Shown: positions 1 to 11,761, counted from the whole stretch's first letter. The stretch is 63,837 nt of DNA, filler included, from Olpidium bornovanus S191 (GCA_017911155.1; 33 parts of 33 records of this genome joined end to end with filler, not necessarily neighbours in it); one strand, 5' to 3'. Numbers and translations are program-made. The notes: a model not told the origin generated them from the sequence alone.

Positions 1-19
1 ACTATGACCAATTCCTCAC

Positions 20-3000
20 GTTCAAAGCTGAGATGTGGACTACGGGCACGTCACCGCCAATGTTTTCTAAGTGGATGTGGCAAGCGATAAGGTCGCCGAA
101 CAATTTCTCCTGGGGACATGGGGTTCACGCGAGGTCCGGTTAGCAAAAACGACCCACAAAGTATATCAAAATGTTTCCGACAACATGATAAAGCTCACCA
201 TGCTTTCAACCCCAAGATCACACTTATTAATCGCAACGATGATGGGAACTGCGTCACGAATCAAGAGAACACGGAGCACTAAATATCTTCACGGCCATGT
301 GCTTCCACCAACCCGCCCCGTTACAACTGAATGGCATACCCTTAGCCTCGAGGGCGTAACGGATCGCTTCACGGGTCTGCGGCATCACACCGTCGTCTGC
401 CGCAACGACCAGAACAACGATGTCAGTGACGTTGGCCCCACGTTTCCGCATAGCGCTGAAGGCGGCATGGCCCGGCGTGTCCAGGAAGGTAATGGGTTTC
501 TCCTTCGACGGGAGCGTGACTAAGGAGCAATGGAAGGCACAAGAGAAGGACGAGCCCCGCGGCGATGAAGAGTAGCGTGAGGAACAGTGAACTAGACAAC
601 ACAGCTAACCGGCTGCTAGGAAAACATCTCAAACGACCGACCACGCCACAACCTCGCTGTCCATCTCCCATTACCAATTTCTCACCCGAAAACGCCCCGA
701 TGTGTTGCGTGATCCTCCCAGCCTCCTGCTCCACGATGTTGGAGCTCCGCAGCGCGTCCAGAAGCGTGGTTTTCCCGTGGTCGACGTGGCCCATAATCGT
801 CACCACGGGAGGGCGGATTGGAATAGATGAGGGGTCCTCCGGTGGTGGTCTGGAAAGAAAGGGTAACGGGTTTGTGCGTGTTTACGTTATATGTGAGTGG
901 ACACGTGAGGGTGACCGCAAGAAAATTGAACGTGCCGAGATGGTGAGTCGGTTTGGAACGGCAACCGTAAGAACATGTTGTTAAAACCATCCGATGACTT
1001 TGGAGCCCACGCAAGTCACATCGTCCGGAGGCCCAACAATAGTGGAGTTTGCTGAATCACCGCATTTACGAACGGCAAAATCTAACAAACCGGCGCAAAG
1101 GCCACTTCCGGTCGCGAAAAGGCGAAAGGGGAGACAAAAACGTACCGCGGGTGCAGATCAAATTCCGGCGCCTCCTCCATGAAAATAGGTTCCACGTTGA
1201 ACTCAAGAGCAAGGTTTGAAGCCTCCTCCTGTGTCAAGACTGCGGCAAAATGTAAACCACCAGAAAACACGTAGAATAAAAAGTTATGACAAGCCATAAG
1301 GATAATAATCGCACGCTCAACACGAGCCAGCCGACAGCCACGTACTATGTTCGGCTGTCAACTCCATGCCTAATTGCCGGGCGGTACGGAGAACGGCATC
1401 TACGGATCGCAACGACGCATATGATTTAGCGCAGGTCACAGAAATTGACGGCCGTTCGTGCACTGGGCGGTACATCAAAGAAAACTTACCAGTCGACTTC
1501 TTGATGCACGCTGCAAAGGCGTTAAGCTTGATAACCTTGGGCACGATGATCTGCTCGACCTTCTCGACCTTCATGCGATGGCGACCGGCAACTGGAAGCG
1601 GCTTGTCGATCGGGTCGTTCTCATACATATCTGCACTACTGTCTCTCTCAGCCGTGCGCCTTGGCCCACGTGCGCCCCCTTCGGGGACATGCAAGTCCAT
1701 GCCGCGCCCCGCTTTTCCGAGGCCATCGTCTCTGCGGCGCCACATGGGGCTCTCGCCCGGAATTTGCAGTTTATTAGATTCCTTCCGCAATAGCATAGAA
1801 TTGGGAGAAAGTCTCGGCTTCGACTGACAAGGTGTTCCTTCCCACGCGGTATCCACAGCAACATCGCCGTGGTCTTGTATCGCCCACCCTCGATCAGATG
1901 CAGGAAATGGGGTTTGTGCCTGAGGTCTCGCCAACAAATTCAGTTCTGGCCGTGGCGGCAGCGGTGGAAGCGCCTGAACAAAAGCAGGATACGACACGTG
2001 AGCACTGCATCCGGGAAATCTCCCTAAGCGAAGCACCAAGATTATACTAACGGTGCTCCTAGACAACGGCCAACGCGCTTCCTCGGCCGTCTGTGCAGTT
2101 CACAACGGCGAGAACCATAACAAAGTTTTAGTGTTCCGCGTCGGTTGTCCCGGCAGGTCTGCATCCGCGTATGCAAAACATGCTGCTCGCCGTCCGTACG
2201 TTTTCTGACCTGCGCAACGAATGCTTCCCGGGATCGTCTGCGTGGGGGACGGAAGGTCGCGTTCCAGCTTGCATGGCGGAACTTGGGGACCACGTGTCGC
2301 ACGCAGCCGCACCGCGCTGGAAATGTTGCGTTCCCGCTTGCATGGCGGAACTTGGGGACCACGTGTCGCACGTGTCCTGCTGCTCCTTACGCGGCCAGGT
2401 CTGAGGCGCCACTTCCCAGTCTCCGTTGGATTGCGGGACGGAAGTTTTTGTTCCACCCCGCATGCCCGTGCTTGGAGACCACGTGTCGGGAGCAGTCACA
2501 CCGCGCTGGAAATGTTCCTGCGCCGGCTCCTCCCGCGGCCCCCGCTGAGCCGTTACTTCCGTGTCCCCCTTGAAGTGCGGGACGGAAGTTCTCGTTCCCT
2601 CCCGCATGCCAGAGCTTAGGGACCACGTGCCGGAAGCAGTCACACCGCGCTGGAAACGCTCCTGCGGCTCCTCCCGCGGTCCCCGCTGAGGCGTTACTAC
2701 CTCCCAGTCCCCCTTGGAGTGCGGGAGAGACGTTCCCGTTCCGGCCCGCGTGCCAGAGCTTGAAGACCGCGTGTCGGAAGTAGTCACATCCAGCTGCATA
2801 CGTTTCTCCTGCTCCTTCCGCGGCCACCGCTGCGGTCCGCTGCCGCTAGGCGTCGGCCCCCAGTCTGGAGACAGCCGCAGATCACTTCGGTGCCACGCTT
2901 GCCGCCGACTTTGCTGTTGTTCCTGTCGCTGCTGCTGTTCTGGTTGTTGCGGCGATTGCCGCTGCGAGCTACGCAGGGAGATCACAGGCTTGCGACCGGT

Positions 3001-3381
3001 GGTGAACTGCGGTCTCGGGCCCCGCAGAGCATCTTCGAGCGCTCCCACCCAATCCGAAGACGAGCCACCGCTGCTGGACTCGTGGTGAACGCCGCTTTGG
3101 GCGGAGCGGAGAGTGGAATACAGCCACCTCCGCCGGCCTGCACGCCTCTGCGCAGCACTCAAAGCAGAAAAGCGCGGCACCGCCTCCACGCGGACGGAGC
3201 GGGGGCGGTGCAGGAAGCGCAGGCAGGCGCAGCCCGCCCGGCCGACCGCAACACCGGCGGGGAAATCGGCGGCGGCGGCGGCGTCGCGGCCGCGGGGTGC
3301 GGTGCCTGCCGCGGCGCAGAGCAGCGCGGCCTGCCGCGGTGGCCAGGCAGCGCGGGCGGACGCGGGCGTCAGAGGCATCAT
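20..3381 (-). CDS. IFM1: Mitochondrial translation initiation factor IF-2, multi-exon, 3'-partial
   Basis: Spliced exons give G1 [32 protein letters not shown]3 [36 protein letters not shown]4 [11 protein letters not shown] and G5 [16 protein letters not shown] introns are visible. The Arg/Ala-rich N-terminus from ATG 3381 resembles a presequence; linkage of the repeat-rich first exon to the GTPase exons is inferred. Confidence 0.92.
2250..2830 (-). repeat. Imperfect ~140-bp (~48-aa) coding tandem repeat in the IF2 N-terminal exon
   Basis: Translations [22 protein letters not shown] / [39 protein letters not shown] / [40 protein letters not shown], plus two partial [13 protein letters not shown] copies. 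Boundaries approximate. Confidence 0.85.
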
Positions 3382-3450
3382 CCTCGGCGGGAGGCGGGGG
3401 TTTGTTTTGGGAAAGAGCTGGAGGGACCGCGGGAGAAGTGGAGAAACTCG

Positions 3451-3488
<38 letters not shown>

Positions 3489-3592
3489 CCCCCCCCAAAA
3501 AACTGCGTTCTCCACCAAAAACCCCCAAAAGGCCACCCCAAACACACACAACCGCCGGCCAAAAAGGAGGGGGGGGAAGAGACAAAGAACAC

Positions 3593-3692
3593 NNNNNNNN
3601 NNNNNNNNNNNNNNNNNNNNNNNNNNNNNNNNNNNNTTAATTAATTAANNNNNNNNNNNNNNNNNNNNNNNNNNNNNNNNNNNNNNNNNNNN
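3593..3692. other. Artificial contig linker (N44-TTAATTAATTAA-N44); first of 32 identical copies
   Basis: Identical 100-bp cassette with stops in all six frames recurs throughout the window (e.g. 5066-5165, 6605-6704, ... 62567-62666). Confidence 0.99.
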
Positions 3693-3821
3693 CATGGGGA
3701 AAGGTTTCCTTGATGATTGGGGAAGGCCTCTTCCCTTGGTTATCCAGATTCTGCAAGTACCCAACGCACAACTCAAATTTTTGACCCAGCTGGGCCAAAC
3801 GTCCCTTCCTGGGGCACCCCT

Positions 3822-4630
3822 TGTTAAGTTATGTGTTTCGCCGCGTGCGAAGACGCATTTTCTTTTGACAAAACGAGATATATTATACATCACGTCTGCA
3901 AAACGGGAATTGACATTTCTAACACCCCTCTTCGATTGAAGAAGGGGAAAACAAAATCAATCGATAATAATGAGAAAATCATGAAAGCACGACGACCAAC
4001 CCGAGTTCCGCCACACACTGGAGGAAACAGGGTTTAGGTAAGCCCTTGGTAAAAATGTCTGCAGTGTTAGCTGTAGTCATGACGGGTAAGACTTGAATGT
4101 TGCCCGTGGCCACCTGCTGATGCACAAAAAAATGTCGAACGGCAATGTGTTTAGAGAAGGAACCAATCCTTTTGCCGTTAGTCGCCAACTCCACGGCACC
4201 TTGGTTGTTGACGAAAAGGGTGGTTGTGGGAAGCAGAAGTTTGAGAATACTTTCCAAAAGTGATCAACACCAGAGAATCTCTTGGGCAGCAGCCAAGGCT
4301 GGAACAAGCTTAGCTTCCGTAGACGACAAGGCCGCACATGATTGTTTAGTGCACTTCCAAATGAAGGGTGACCTGGCGAAGAACACGACATAACTCGTGA
4401 TTGACCTCCGATCAGTTGTGTCATTCGCGTAATCGCTATCTGCATACAAATACAGCGTTTGCTTCAGAGGTGAAGTCTTGAAGGAGGCTGCGTGTACCTT
4501 TCAAGTAGCGCAGAGTTTGTTTCTATTGTAGATGATATCACGGATATCATGCTCCGCTTCTTTGCACCATTACATTGTTCAGTTCGTTGTTTTCGCAATA
4601 TTATTGCCTGTATTTGTGCTGTAGCACGGC
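3822..4630 (-). mobile_element. Degenerate Ty1/copia 3' end: RT C-terminus/RNase H, PPT and candidate short 3' LTR
   Basis: LRYLKGT, then a frameshift, then YADSDYA..DRRSITSY..WKCTKQSCAALSSTEA..EILWC*..DNQGA-like NNQGA..SKHIAVRHFF..ADIFTKGL. PPT GAAGAGGGG (3933-3925) abuts TGTTAG at 3924; a matching TAACA end lies at 3822. Confidence 0.85.
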
Positions 4631-4906
4631 CCTCGAACCGTCGCCCTGGACCGACGCCACGGAAGGCGGGCGGCGGGCGAAGGGTGGCGGGCGAGGGGCA
4701 GCGGGCGAAGGGCGGCGGGCGAGGGGCGGCGGGCGAAGGGCGCAGGGCAAAGGGCGAGAGGCGGTCGAAGGGCAAAAGCGGCGGCGGGATCAAAGGCAGG
4801 ACGGCCCCCGAACCCGGGGGTCGACCAATAGCATAGTCTCCCTCGAAGCCCGCCAATCAAAAAGCGCTTCCCCCCTTCCCCCCCCGAACTCCGCCAATCG
4901 AAGGGC

Positions 4907-4939
<33 letters not shown>

Positions 4940-5165
4940 CCCCCCCCGGGGCCCCCCCCCCCCACCCCCCCCCCCCCGGCCCCCCCCCGCCCCCCCCCCC
5001 CCGCACGCCAGAGCTCGGAGCACCGCGTGGGAACCGCGCGGGAAGGGACCGGACGCACCGCATCGNNNNNNNNNNNNNNNNNNNNNNNNNNNNNNNNNNN
5101 NNNNNNNNNTTAATTAATTAANNNNNNNNNNNNNNNNNNNNNNNNNNNNNNNNNNNNNNNNNNNN

Positions 5166-6604
5166 AGGGGGACGTCGACGGCTTACTTTGTCGAGCACAC
5201 GTTCGCAGTTCCTGTACGAGCAGTGTCAAGTGATGTTGGTGGCCGTCAAGGTTTACGTCAGCCAAAAGAGGTCGCATCATCTCATGCTCAACCCGGGCTT
5301 CAACTATGTTCTCAAGGAGGGAGACGTGTGCATCTATATCTCTCAGAGCCCAGAAGAACTGAAGGACGTTCGCAGACTGGTAAGGCCGCTCCCCAGTTTT
5401 TGGCAGACCGCCGGAAATCCGCCGCAAAACCGCCGAAAGTACGCGAAGCACTTCTCACTGCGGAACCGGCGACCAGACCCGTTCGGAGTTTACCCGGGTC
5501 TGCGACCGACTCCCTAGCATATACCAAACAGCATCTCATTCGGGCGTTCACGCAACCCGGACGGAGGAAGTGACCAAGGTGATGGCCAAAAGCAGCCCGA
5601 CTCTGTCGCGGCACTTTCCCGTGCCAGACGGGGACGTCTTCGTGGGGCAACCTGGTAAAAATTAAACTCGTCGCTCGTTGGGCAGAATATTCTTCTCTTC
5701 CTCCCGCTCACCTTCCCCCTCCCTCCTCCCCTCCATTTTTCACCCCGACACCTTGACGTCACCACGGATACGTCCGACAGACCCTCCCCACGTGGACGGA
5801 AAAGCGCCGTACTGCCGGCTTTTGAAGAACCCGCCGCAGACTTTCGAGGAGGTCGTGCTCCCCAACGCGAGGGACTTCAAGGACCACATACTCATATCCA
5901 CGGGCTCGAGCGACCTTTTCCGGATACTGGCTACGCTGCGGCTGGCGCACATCACCGAAGCGGAATACCGGGACGTTGTTATCCTGACAACAAACCCGCC
6001 GACGCCGGAACAGTTCGCGTACCTATCCGTGTTTCCGAGGGCGTACTTCGTCATCGCCGACGGGATGACCAAACGCGGATTGGTTGACGCAGGCACGTGC
6101 CCGCGCCGCATTCGCGCGAACAAGCTCGCGAACGCGCGCGCGCACACCCGTGCCCGCGGTTCTTGAGCGGCGGGGGGCGATCCGGCGAGCGAATGTTGTC
6201 TGAACGCGTTTTTTTTCTTCTTTTTCTCAACGTCCCCGCGGGCCGGCGCCAGGTTTATATAACGCCGCGCGAGTGATAGTTATGTACCAATCAACGAAGC
6301 AGCGCGAGTTCCAGGATTCTCCAGCCATGTGAGTTTGAGGTTCTGGCCTAATCCGGCCCTTGCGGCGAGCGCCATAATAATAACATTTTTCCTTTTTTTT
6401 TTTTTTTGTTGTTGCTGCGCGCGCCGTCCACGGATGGCCAGTATGCAAAATCACCTCATACAGAAAATACTGGAGGGAAGAGGCATGGGCGACAAACATA
6501 TCATCGTCGAGTTGGCGGAACGGGGATCCATCAGATATCTGTCGGCCGACCTCCGTGCGCGTTCGGATAAAGGCACTAAGCACGACCTCGTGTTCCTCTT
6601 TAAC
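5166..6604 (+). CDS. Slo/BK-family (Ca2+/Na+-activated) potassium channel, cytosolic RCK region, internal fragment
   Basis: Exons encode FLYEQCQVMLVAVK..HHLMLNPGFNYVLKEGDVCIYI (RCK1 end), KDHILISTGSSDLFRILATLR..RDVVILTTNPPT..LSVFPRAYFVIADGMTKRGLVDAG (RCK2) and DKHIIVELAERGSIRYL. Confidence 0.75.
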
Positions 6605-6796
6605 NNNNNNNNNNNNNNNNNNNNNNNNNNNNNNNNNNNNNNNNNNNNTTAATTAATTAANNNNNNNNNNNNNNNNNNNNNNNNNNNNNNNNNNNNNNNN
6701 NNNNGGGGTGCGCGTTCCCCCCCCCCCCCCCCCTTTTTCCTTTCCCCCCCAGGGGCTGGGGGGGCCCCCCCCGCAATTTCCCCCACAGGGGGGGGT

Positions 6797-6829
<33 letters not shown>

Positions 6830-6832
6830 CGC

Positions 6833-8131
6833 TCACGGGACGCCGCTCTCCAGCGCGGCGACGGCGGCGTCCACGTCCCACCCCTGGAGCTCGAGGGCCT
6901 TCCACGCCCTCTCCTCGCGGGTGGGCGGTGGCGCGGCGTCCGGCGCCCGCGGCGGCCGCGGGCTCCACCCGCCCGCCATCATGACCCAGTCGACCATGCT
7001 CTCGACCACCGCGACCTCGCGGCAGGCTTTCCAGGCCTGCTCGACCTGCGCGATGACTGCTGCCCGCCGGTCCGGGTCGACGCGCTTCGCCGCCGCTGAG
7101 AAAGCGGCGGAGACGGGCTTGTGGTCTGACACCCGGCACTCGTGCCGCCGGAACATGACCTGCCTCAGGCCGCGGCGCTGCTGCTGCTGCGGCTGGTCCG
7201 GCGCCGCCGCCGCCGCCCGCGAAGCCAGAGGAGGCAGCGGCCGGTGCAGCACGCGGTCGCACCAGGCGGGGCACCGCTTCTTCTCCGACGTGTCGTACCG
7301 GTCAGGGCTGGCCCCCGGGTCGTACTTGTACGTGGGCGCGAACCGCGGCTCCCACTCCACGAACCCGCGCGAGCCCAGCGCAAAGAACGGGTTGCGCAGC
7401 CGCTGCCGCCGCAGCTGGTCGTTCTCCAGCAGCGCGTCCCACTCCTTTTGCGCCACCAGTTCCGTCACCCTGGCCCGCGGGAGGTCGATGCGGTAATTCA
7501 GGTCCCCGAAGAACACCACGCATTCGTGGTCCAGGATCTGCGACCCGTCCCCGCCCGCGAGGAACGATGACGGCGCAGTCTGCGCCGCCGGCAGCACCGT
7601 CTTGTAGAGAATGGCCGCCGTGTCGTTGTTGCGCGCCGAGACCTGCGACTGCCCGGCCGCCAGGTGGCAGTTGACGAAACACAGCGACGTGTCGTCGACG
7701 AGAAAGCGTATCGCGATCGCCCCCTGAGTCGTTTTTTTTTGAAACAAAGCGGAAGGGCGCGGGGGGAGGTTGGCTGGGGGTGGAGCGTAGCAGACAAAAA
7801 AAAAAGACGAAAACAAAAAAAGGAAGGCGCACGGGGTCGCAAAACAGGTTCCTTTCGCCGGCCCCCGTTCAACCTTGTTTCCGTGCAGGCCCCCGAGCCC
7901 CGTTTTCACGGTGGTGAACGCCACCTCCGATATCCTCTCGGAGTTGACCAGCCGGTCCTTTACGAACACGCAAATGAAGAGACCGACGAGGTTCTGACAT
8001 TCGACGAGCGTGTACGAGAAGTCCGGTCCGTGCACGTCCCAGACGGCTTGGATCAGGCGGTCCCGCCAGAGCCTGTACTGCTGCTCCATCTTCTGCGCCG
8101 TCTTGGCCGCTTTCGCCTTCTTCGATTTCAA
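6833..8131 (-). CDS. Inositol polyphosphate 5-phosphatase (IPPc), C-terminal part with a UBA-like tail; intron 7724-7873
   Basis: LVGLFICVFVK, VKTGLGGLHGNK|GAIAIRF, CFVNCHLAAG, FFGDLNYRID, FAPTYKYDPG, PAWCDRVL and SDHKPV motifs; ends ERAWKALELQGWDVDAAVAAL*. Confidence 0.93.
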   Translation of the reverse strand: MKSKKAKAAKTAQKMEQQYRLWRDRLIQAVWDVHGPDFSYTLVECQNLVGLFICVFVKDRLVNSERISEVAFTTVKTGLGGLHGNKVERGPAKGTCFATPCAFLFLFSSFFFVCYAPPPANLPPRPSALFQKKTTQGAIAIRFLVDDTSLCFVNCHLAAGQSQVSARNNDTAAILYKTVLPAAQTAPSSFLAGGDGSQILDHECVVFFGDLNYRIDLPRARVTELVAQKEWDALLENDQLRRQRLRNPFFALGSRGFVEWEPRFAPTYKYDPGASPDRYDTSEKKRCPAWCDRVLHRPLPPLASRAAAAAPDQPQQQQRRGLRQVMFRRHECRVSDHKPVSAAFSAAAKRVDPDRRAAVIAQVEQAWKACREVAVVESMVDWVMMAGGWSPRPPRAPDAAPPPTREERAWKALELQGWDVDAAVAALESGVP

Positions 8132-8246
8132 AAGGGATTCTTTCGTTTTTTTTGTATTGGCACAATTCCGGGAAAAAAATTTTGGACGACAGCGGCGTAC
8201 AATTAGAGATAAATAAATGTATACGCCCTCAGGACAGCAAAACGCG

Positions 8247-8299
<53 letters not shown>

Positions 8300-9061
8300 C
8301 CCACCNNNNNNNNNNNNNNNNNNNNNNNNNNNNNNNNNNNNNNNNNNNNTTAATTAATTAANNNNNNNNNNNNNNNNNNNNNNNNNNNNNNNNNNNNNNN
8401 NNNNNCGATTGTTCCAACATCTCTGCAACGACGTCACCGAAACCTCCCCCATGGCCTACCGGACGCACGATTTGACGGCAGCGACCTGCTTTTGGCGAAA
8501 AATCCCAAGAGCACGCGTAGATCGACACTTCTCTCATCAACAATTTATCCCCCCCCCCAATCCCCCTATTTCCCCCCCCCATTCATTTTTTTTTTTTTTT
8601 GCGACCGACAACAGTCAAGACGTGCGCAAGAGTTCGGGCTCGCCTGCTCCACGCCCCGCCCCGTTTACGAGCAGCTGAGCGAGCTTTTTTTTTTTTCCGT
8701 TTCTCATCCTTGGTCGGCGGCTGCCAAATCCCAATTTTCCTTTGTCGGTCAGGGTTTGTTCGGGACCCCCGGTATCGGAAGAGACGTGAAAACCCCGCTC
8801 TGCTCGTACTCGTGCAGGTCGAGATCACATGCAAGTACGCCGGGGAATTTCGGGAGTCGGGAGTTGCAATCACCGACGTGGCACGCAGCGCCAGAAAACA
8901 AGACCTCGGCGGGCGTTTTGCTGAGGACTTACGGCTGTCGTTTTCGTCATGTCCCATTACGCAAAGGGACGGGATTTCCGGCGGTGTCGACACGCGTGGC
9001 GTCTACGTCGCAAGGGGCTGCCCCCGGCACCAGGATCAAGGGAGAACAAAAAAAGGGAAAG

Positions 9062-10062
9062 ATGGACGTCCTCTCCGGCACTGCGGCGTCGGCAGCAGCG
9101 GCGGCGCCGCAGCCTCGGGCAGGGACGCGCGGTCCGCCGACCCTCCCGCCGGAGCTGCTGTGGGCCGTGCTCTCGCACTTTGACATGTACGGCTCGGAAG
9201 CCCGGCGCCGCGGCGGCCGCGGCTCTCCGCCCCGCCGCTGCCGACAGTGCGCGCGGCGCCTGCCCGCCGCCGGCGGGCCCGCGTCCGGCGGGTGCCGGGG
9301 GTGCGCGGCGTCTGGCTCGGCGGCCGCGCTCCGCAGCTGCGCGCTGGCGTCGCGGGACCTGTTTCGCGTCGCCGCGCCGATGCTGTACCGGGCGCCGTTC
9401 GAGGCCGTGGCGCCCGGCGACGGCCGCCGGCTCGGGGCGCTCGCGAGGACGCTGCTGTCGTCCCTGTCCGAGGACGAGCGCGCGCGCGTGTGGGGCGGCG
9501 CGGGCGCCGCCGCGAACTTCCCGCTGTTCGGGCGCCGGCTCCGGCCGGAGGACGAAGAGGAGGCTGAGGCGGCGGCCGCGGCGGCGGCTCCGCTCGCCCC
9601 GAGCCGCGGCCGGAACAGGCGGAAGGCCAAGGAGGCGGCCGAGGTCCGCGCGGACGCGTTGCGGAGGTTGTCTGCGCTCTCCAACGCGGCGGCTCAAGCC
9701 GCCCGGCCCGGCTACTTGTCGCACCTCGCCGCTTTCGATTTCGGCAAGTTCGCCCTGGGACTCAAAGCCCTGGGCGTGGTGCCCAGGTCGCCTGAGCTGC
9801 TGGAGGCACTCCACGCGTTTGTCTTCCTGCGCGCTCCTCGCCTCTCCGCCGTGTCCGTTTGCTGGTCGGTTGCGTACTGCTCGAGCGGCTTCCGGTCTAG
9901 TATACCGCGTTTAAAGGACATAGCGGCGGCCAGGGGCCGCTTCCTAACCGCCGTCCACATCGCGCATTTCGAGGTCGTCACGATCCTTCGCGAGCTCACC
10001 CCGCATTGCTGCAACCTGCGCGAAATCATCGTCAACGTCCAAGGCGGGTATACCATCATGGC
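9062..10062 (+). CDS. F-box-like protein, 3'-partial
   Basis: PTLPPELLWAVLSHF followed by LRSCALASRDLFRVAAPMLYRAPF, a typical fungal F-box pattern, then an LRR-like tail (PRLSAVSV, HCCNLREIIV). ATG at 9062 is inferred. Confidence 0.7.
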
Positions 10063-10195
10063 NNNNNNNNNNNNNNNNNNNNNNNNNNNNNNNNNNNNNN
10101 NNNNNNTTAATTAATTAANNNNNNNNNNNNNNNNNNNNNNNNNNNNNNNNNNNNNNNNNNNNAAAAAAAAGGGGAAAAAAAAAACGGGCCGAGGG

Positions 10196-10231
<36 letters not shown>

Positions 10232-10246
10232 AAAAAATAATCGTAC

Positions 10247-11073
10247 GCTGAAACCCTTCTGCGGGTCCCACCCGATGTGGCCCAAATGCTGAAAGTTTTT
10301 TGGCTGCCCGATCATGCTTTTGTCCAGCTTAGGACGTTCCTTCTTTGTTTTCGACCTCGACAAAGAGTCGAAAAGCGACGACGACGCCCTCCCTGCTGCC
10401 GGCGGAGCAGCCGCCACCGTTGCAGGCCCGGGAATCGGGATCGTTCGAACTAAAAAGGTGGGCCCGCAGTAAGGCAGGAACCATGGTCGGCGGCGGGGCG
10501 CTTTTCAAAAAGAAGGAAAGTTCGGGCGCCCTTCCGCTCTCTCTCCCCCTCTCAATTTTTTTTATTCTTTTTGGTTTGGCGGAGTTGAGAAGGTCCCTAA
10601 CACCTGCCGCTGTCTTTTCAAGTACCTGCCCTGTTGCTGGCGACCCTCCCCCACTCCCCCTCCGCCCGCTCGGGAATGTCCCCCACCCCTCTCCGCGCCC
10701 AAGGCCCCAAAATCAATTTTTCCAAAAAAAAAAAAAAAAACTCACGCACTCTTTTGCTTGTTGCGCTCGCCGCGCGTAGTCACGCGCTTGTAAAAGGTGT
10801 TAGCTTCGTGCTCATTCGCGAAAGAAAACCCTGCGACGTAGTTCTGCAGGGGGGGGGGGGGGGGGGCGCGCGATGAGCATATTTCGCTTTCCGTCGGATC
10901 AACCGCAAACCGAAGGCCGAGGCGGGGTGAGTTGGGGTGGGGGAGGGGGGAGAGGAGGAGAGTCTGCTGTGACCAAAACCCACGTCGGCCGGGAAGCTGT
11001 GGAAAAAGGAGAGATCCAAGTTGTACTGGAAACCCTCGAACAGCTCTTGGTCCCACAGAAGGCCTCTACCTGA
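10247..11073 (-). CDS. WASP/Las17 homolog, internal fragment (WH1 C-terminal half, basic region, CRIB/GBD)
   Basis: Exons SGRGLLWDQELFEGFQYNLDLSFFHSFPAD | NYVAGFSFANEHEANTFYKRV | KTKKERPKLDKSMIGQPKNFQHLGHIGWDPQKGF. Confidence 0.92.
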
Positions 11074-11090
11074 CTGGCGGGACCGCCGGC

Positions 11091-11159
<69 letters not shown>

Positions 11160-11616
11160 GAAANNNNNNNNNNNNNNNNNNNNNNNNNNNNNNNNNNNNN
11201 NNNNNNNTTAATTAATTAANNNNNNNNNNNNNNNNNNNNNNNNNNNNNNNNNNNNNNNNNNNNAAATGAAAAAAAAAAACAAAAGAAAAGGCTGGGTTGG
11301 GATTTATGAAAGAAATCGTCCCGCCGCAGGCTGCGTTTCACCGTATGGCAAGGACAGGTAAGCATCGTGAACAAATATCGCATGTCTGTGCTTCAGCAAA
11401 CCACGCAGCCTCTGACATTACGCTCCCGGCGCCGAACGAACAATGACGCTGGAGTGAATTGTTATATGACGAGCGAGGCGCATCTCCGCCGCACCCCTCC
11501 CCGCCCGCGTCAACGACGGCTTCCGGTGCTATGCAGAGCCCGCTACGCGACGGCGCCTCCAACATTTCTTTTGGCCTCTGCGGGGTCTCATATTTACGGT
11601 GAACTGGGAAAAAAAC

Positions 11617-11647
<31 letters not shown>

Positions 11648-11761
11648 AAAAAATATTCAACCCCCGCGTCCCCTACACCCTGACCCCGCCTTTTCCCCCA
11701 CCTGGCGCCACATGGTCCGCCCGCGGACACCCGCAGCGACCACTTTGAGGAGCCGCCAACA

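Noticed and set aside
3637-3648. TTAATTAATTAA as a biological repeat or regulatory site
   Set aside because: Always flanked by exactly 44 N on each side; a synthetic six-frame-stop linker.
8406-8950. Divergent gene sharing a promoter with the F-box gene (MTKTTA|GTAAGT on the minus strand)
   Set aside because: A good donor is present, but no consistent downstream exon chain or homology could be built.
7142-9914. Many antisense or alternative-frame Arg/Ala/Pro-rich ORFs overlapping real genes
   Set aside because: Expected shadow ORFs of high-GC coding sequence; the same applies at 46835-47253 and 57713-58792.
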